Shown here in pieces: positions 47,833 through 50,662 of a stretch of 50,662 nucleotides of DNA. The stretch spans positions 1-50,662 of the forward strand of contig CALSSD010000003.1 of NCBI GenBank assembly GCA_943788915.1, in the 5' to 3' direction. The notes below the pieces were generated by a model. That model had not been told where the DNA came from and searched no databases. It saw only the letters and a list, made by a program, of their open reading frames with translations. Positions within the stretch are counted from its first letter, which is position 1; each line of letters starts with the position of its first letter. The position numbers were made by a program, and so were the translations under genes. This DNA comes from an uncultured Acidimicrobiales bacterium. Lineage in GTDB: Bacteria; Actinomycetota; Acidimicrobiia; Acidimicrobiales; UBA10347.

Positions 47833-48204
47833 ATGAACAGCACAACCTTGTTCGATCATGTTGGTGGTCAACCGTTCTTCGACACGCTCGTCGATCGTTT
47901 CTACGACGGCGTCGAGACCGAACCACCACTGCGAGCCATGTATCCCCAGGACCTTGAGCCAGGCAAACGAGCCCTGGCCCTGTTTCTGGGTCAGTACTTC
48001 GGCGGCCCAACGACCTATAGCGACGAGAAGGGTCACCCCCGACTCCGTATGAGGCATGTGCATTTTGCGATTGGGCCCGACGAACGCGACGGCTGGGTTC
48101 GGCATATGACCGCAGCGGTGCAGCAGGCCGAACTTGACGAAGCAACCCAGACCCAAATGCTGGACTATTTTGACATGGCAGCGCAACACATGATCAACGT
48201 CTGA
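47833..48204 (+). CDS. glbO: Group II truncated hemoglobin
   Basis: LFDHVGG, LVDRFY, FLGQYFGGP, YSDEKGHPRLRMRH and ERDGW. Confidence 0.9.
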   Translation: MNSTTLFDHVGGQPFFDTLVDRFYDGVETEPPLRAMYPQDLEPGKRALALFLGQYFGGPTTYSDEKGHPRLRMRHVHFAIGPDERDGWVRHMTAAVQQAELDEATQTQMLDYFDMAAQHMINV

Positions 48205-48208
48205 GTCC

Positions 48209-49462
48209 GTGCAGGTGCCAGACCAGGAAGACGAACATCGCCGCTCCGAACTGCGTAAACACAAGGCCCGAGCCACCGGGCTGCTGTTGTTTGCGACAGC
48301 GGCGTTCATCGTAGTGGTCATCACCACCGACGGCAGCGGCTGGGCCGGTTATGCCGAAGCCGGTGCAGAAGCTGCCATGGTCGGCGGTGTTGCCGACTGG
48401 TTTGCCGTGACCGCCTTGTTCCGACACCCGCTTCGGCTACCGATTCCACACACGGCAATCATCCCGAACCGCAAGGACCAGATCGGCGAGTCGCTCGGCG
48501 AGTTTGTGCAAGACAACTTCTTGCAACCCGACGTCCTTCGTGAACGGCTCGCTGCATCGGACTTGGCCGGCCGCATCGGCAACTGGTTAGAAGTCCCTGG
48601 GAATGCACACCGGCTCGGTGACCAGGCATCCACTGTGCTCGGCAGCGCCATCGAGGTGCTCCGCGACGACGAGATCCAGTCATCGGTCGAGGGGTACGTC
48701 ACCCGCCGAGTCGACGCATTCGAGCCCACACCTGTTGCAGCCCGCGCCATCGAATTCGCCATCGAGGGTGGTCATCACCATGCGGTGTTCGATGCCGGCC
48801 TCGACGGCCTGCGTAATGTGCTCCAGGACAACCGTGCCATGATGCGCAAGCGGCTGGCCACCGAGTCGCCATGGTGGGTCCCCGAACCGGTCGATGACCG
48901 TATCTTCGACAAGATCTATCTGGCCATCAATACGTTCATCGACGAGGTCACTGCGAACCCCGACCACGAGTTCCGGCGCAACCTCGACGAACGAATTGCT
49001 GGCATGGCTGACCGACTTCGTGACTCACCAGAGTTACATGATCGGGCCCACGAACTCAAACACGAACTTCTGGCCCACCCCGCGGTGCGCGAATGGACAT
49101 CGGGTCTGTGGGCAAACATGAAACAGGCCACACTTCTCGCGGCCGACGACCCGACCAGCGAACTCCGGCTCCGGATCCATGCCACGGCCCTCAGCGCAGG
49201 CGAGGCACTGCGCAACGATCCGGTGCTTCAGGACAAGGTCAACAACTGGCTTGTGGGCGCCGTGGCGCACCTGGCCGGCGAGAGCCGTAACGAGATCGCC
49301 GACCTGATCTCCTCCACCGTCGCTGGCTGGGACGCACAAGACACCAGCGAACGCATCGAGCTACAGGTAGGACGCGACCTGCAGTACATCCGCATCAATG
49401 GCACCGTTGTTGGCGGCCTTGTCGGGTTGCTCATCCACGCGATTGCCCAATTCCTTGGCTGA
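48209..49462 (+). CDS. DUF445 family membrane protein
   Basis: EAAMVGGVADWFAVTALFRHP, PIPHTAIIP and IELQVGRDLQYIRINGTVVGG. Confidence 0.92.
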   Translation: MQVPDQEDEHRRSELRKHKARATGLLLFATAAFIVVVITTDGSGWAGYAEAGAEAAMVGGVADWFAVTALFRHPLRLPIPHTAIIPNRKDQIGESLGEFVQDNFLQPDVLRERLAASDLAGRIGNWLEVPGNAHRLGDQASTVLGSAIEVLRDDEIQSSVEGYVTRRVDAFEPTPVAARAIEFAIEGGHHHAVFDAGLDGLRNVLQDNRAMMRKRLATESPWWVPEPVDDRIFDKIYLAINTFIDEVTANPDHEFRRNLDERIAGMADRLRDSPELHDRAHELKHELLAHPAVREWTSGLWANMKQATLLAADDPTSELRLRIHATALSAGEALRNDPVLQDKVNNWLVGAVAHLAGESRNEIADLISSTVAGWDAQDTSERIELQVGRDLQYIRINGTVVGGLVGLLIHAIAQFLG

Positions 49463-49464
49463 AT

Positions 49465-50662
49465 TCAGCCTGCCGGAATGAGCTGAATCTCGACCGACCT
49501 TGTCGGCGGGAAAACCTGCTGGGCTGTCTCGGCCATATCGGCGACGGTTAGCTGGTTTGCGATATCGGTGCGGGTCCGGAATTCGCCTGGGGGACGGTCT
49601 TGGTACCAGGTGTGAAACAACAGCAATCCGAGCCACTGGGCGTTGTTGAAGAACCGATAACTCTCGGTCAACTGGTCGACGGCCAGACCGAGGTACACCT
49701 GATCGAGCTCACCCGATCGGATGCGGTCAAGCTCCTCACGAATGACCTGTGACACCTCGTCGATGCGCTCCGGATCGGACTCGACCTCGATAATGGTGTC
49801 AACCCATGACTTCGGTTCAGCCAAGATGCTGATCGACGCGTTCGGCGCATAACTTGCACCCAGTTGTTCACGGATCAGATCGCGTAGCCGGGCGTTAACC
49901 ACCAACTCCAGAGCCTGAGCAGCCACATCCGCTTCGAGCGTGAATGGATAGGGAGATTCCCAGTTGATACGCACCCGGCCTTGGTCACCAACACCAGCGG
50001 CAACCGTTGCCACCAGGTTCTCTTCGGGCACACCGGGATCTCGGTCAATCGGTGTCTCGCGCCGACCAGTATCGGGCAATGTGCCTAGGTACCGGGCACC
50101 GAGGTCAATCAGCTCGGATGCGTCGAAGTCACCAACAACAGCGAACACAAAGTCTCCGGCATCTGCGAACCGGTCCTGGTACGCGGACACCAGCGCATCA
50201 GCATCAACACCGTCGAGATCCTCGATCGTTGGTATCAGTCGAAACCATGGGCTGTCGCCATAACGAAGTCGCCACAGTTCTAGATCGCCAGCCACTGGTG
50301 GATTCACCGACGGGTTCTCGGCCAGAGGGCGCCAGCGCTCATCGAACTGGCGCACTTGAAGATCACTAATCGTGGGTTCGGTCACCTGGAGATGGAGCAG
50401 CTGAAACATCGTCTCGAGATCACCGGTCGACGCTTCCCCCGATATCCATTCGCTCGATCGCCCAATCGACGTGCCCAGCGACGCGAGCGACCCCGCGAGC
50501 AATCGGTCCAACGTGACGATGTCGACGCTCTCATAGCCGCTGCCAGCCACCAGCGGTGCTGTCCAGTCGAGCAACGGAACCTCGGGGCCATCAACCGCGA
50601 AGAATCCACCCGGACTTTGGGCTTGGAGCCGCACGATGTTTTCCGTGATCTGGGTCTGACGG
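49465..50662 (-). CDS. M16 family (PqqL/insulinase-like) peptidase, C-terminal part; 5' end outside the window
   Basis: Frame is open to the window end; DLETMFQLLHLQVTEP, YQDRFADAGDFVFAVVGDF, RYLGTLP and RLRDLIREQLGASY. Confidence 0.8.
   Translation of the reverse strand, partial: RQTQITENIVRLQAQSPGGFFAVDGPEVPLLDWTAPLVAGSGYESVDIVTLDRLLAGSLASLGTSIGRSSEWISGEASTGDLETMFQLLHLQVTEPTISDLQVRQFDERWRPLAENPSVNPPVAGDLELWRLRYGDSPWFRLIPTIEDLDGVDADALVSAYQDRFADAGDFVFAVVGDFDASELIDLGARYLGTLPDTGRRETPIDRDPGVPEENLVATVAAGVGDQGRVRINWESPYPFTLEADVAAQALELVVNARLRDLIREQLGASYAPNASISILAEPKSWVDTIIEVESDPERIDEVSQVIREELDRIRSGELDQVYLGLAVDQLTESYRFFNNAQWLGLLLFHTWYQDRPPGEFRTRTDIANQLTVADMAETAQQVFPPTRSVEIQLIPAG

Noticed and set aside
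1..50662. Prophage, IS element, integron or defence island
   Set aside because: No integrase, transposase, phage structural or recognisable defence genes, and no obvious compositional shift by eye.

Overview
High-GC bacterial chromosomal segment, most likely from Actinomycetota. nucS, murT/gatD, the actinobacterial-type dapD, F420-family enzymes, a Cdc48-like ATPase and a PdtaS-like kinase support this; placement in Acidimicrobiia is my inference. It holds about 46 densely packed, mostly housekeeping or metabolic CDSs. I see no rRNA, canonical tRNA, CRISPR array, integrase or transposase. Non-routine content: (1) the window opens inside a tandem array of an 82-bp palindromic, REP-like unit (4 exact copies plus 1 degenerate), with a diverged solo copy at 36038-36089 and a related element flanked by 7-bp direct repeats at 22995-23105; (2) three clear single-base +1 frameshifts (gatD, dapD at CCC-TGA, Ser/Thr kinase), probably sequencing indels; (3) about 22 genes with a TANNNT box 5-8 nt before the start codon, suggesting pervasive leaderless transcription; (4) unusual proteins: VanW with Cys-bounded DxDxDG loops, a cytochrome c/copper monooxygenase fusion lipoprotein, a CopC variant next to a PdtaS-like kinase, and a degenerate aldolase-fold protein; (5) a cloverleaf-like intergenic structure near 26.1-26.2 kb. 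All product calls come from motif recognition by eye; no database search was run.
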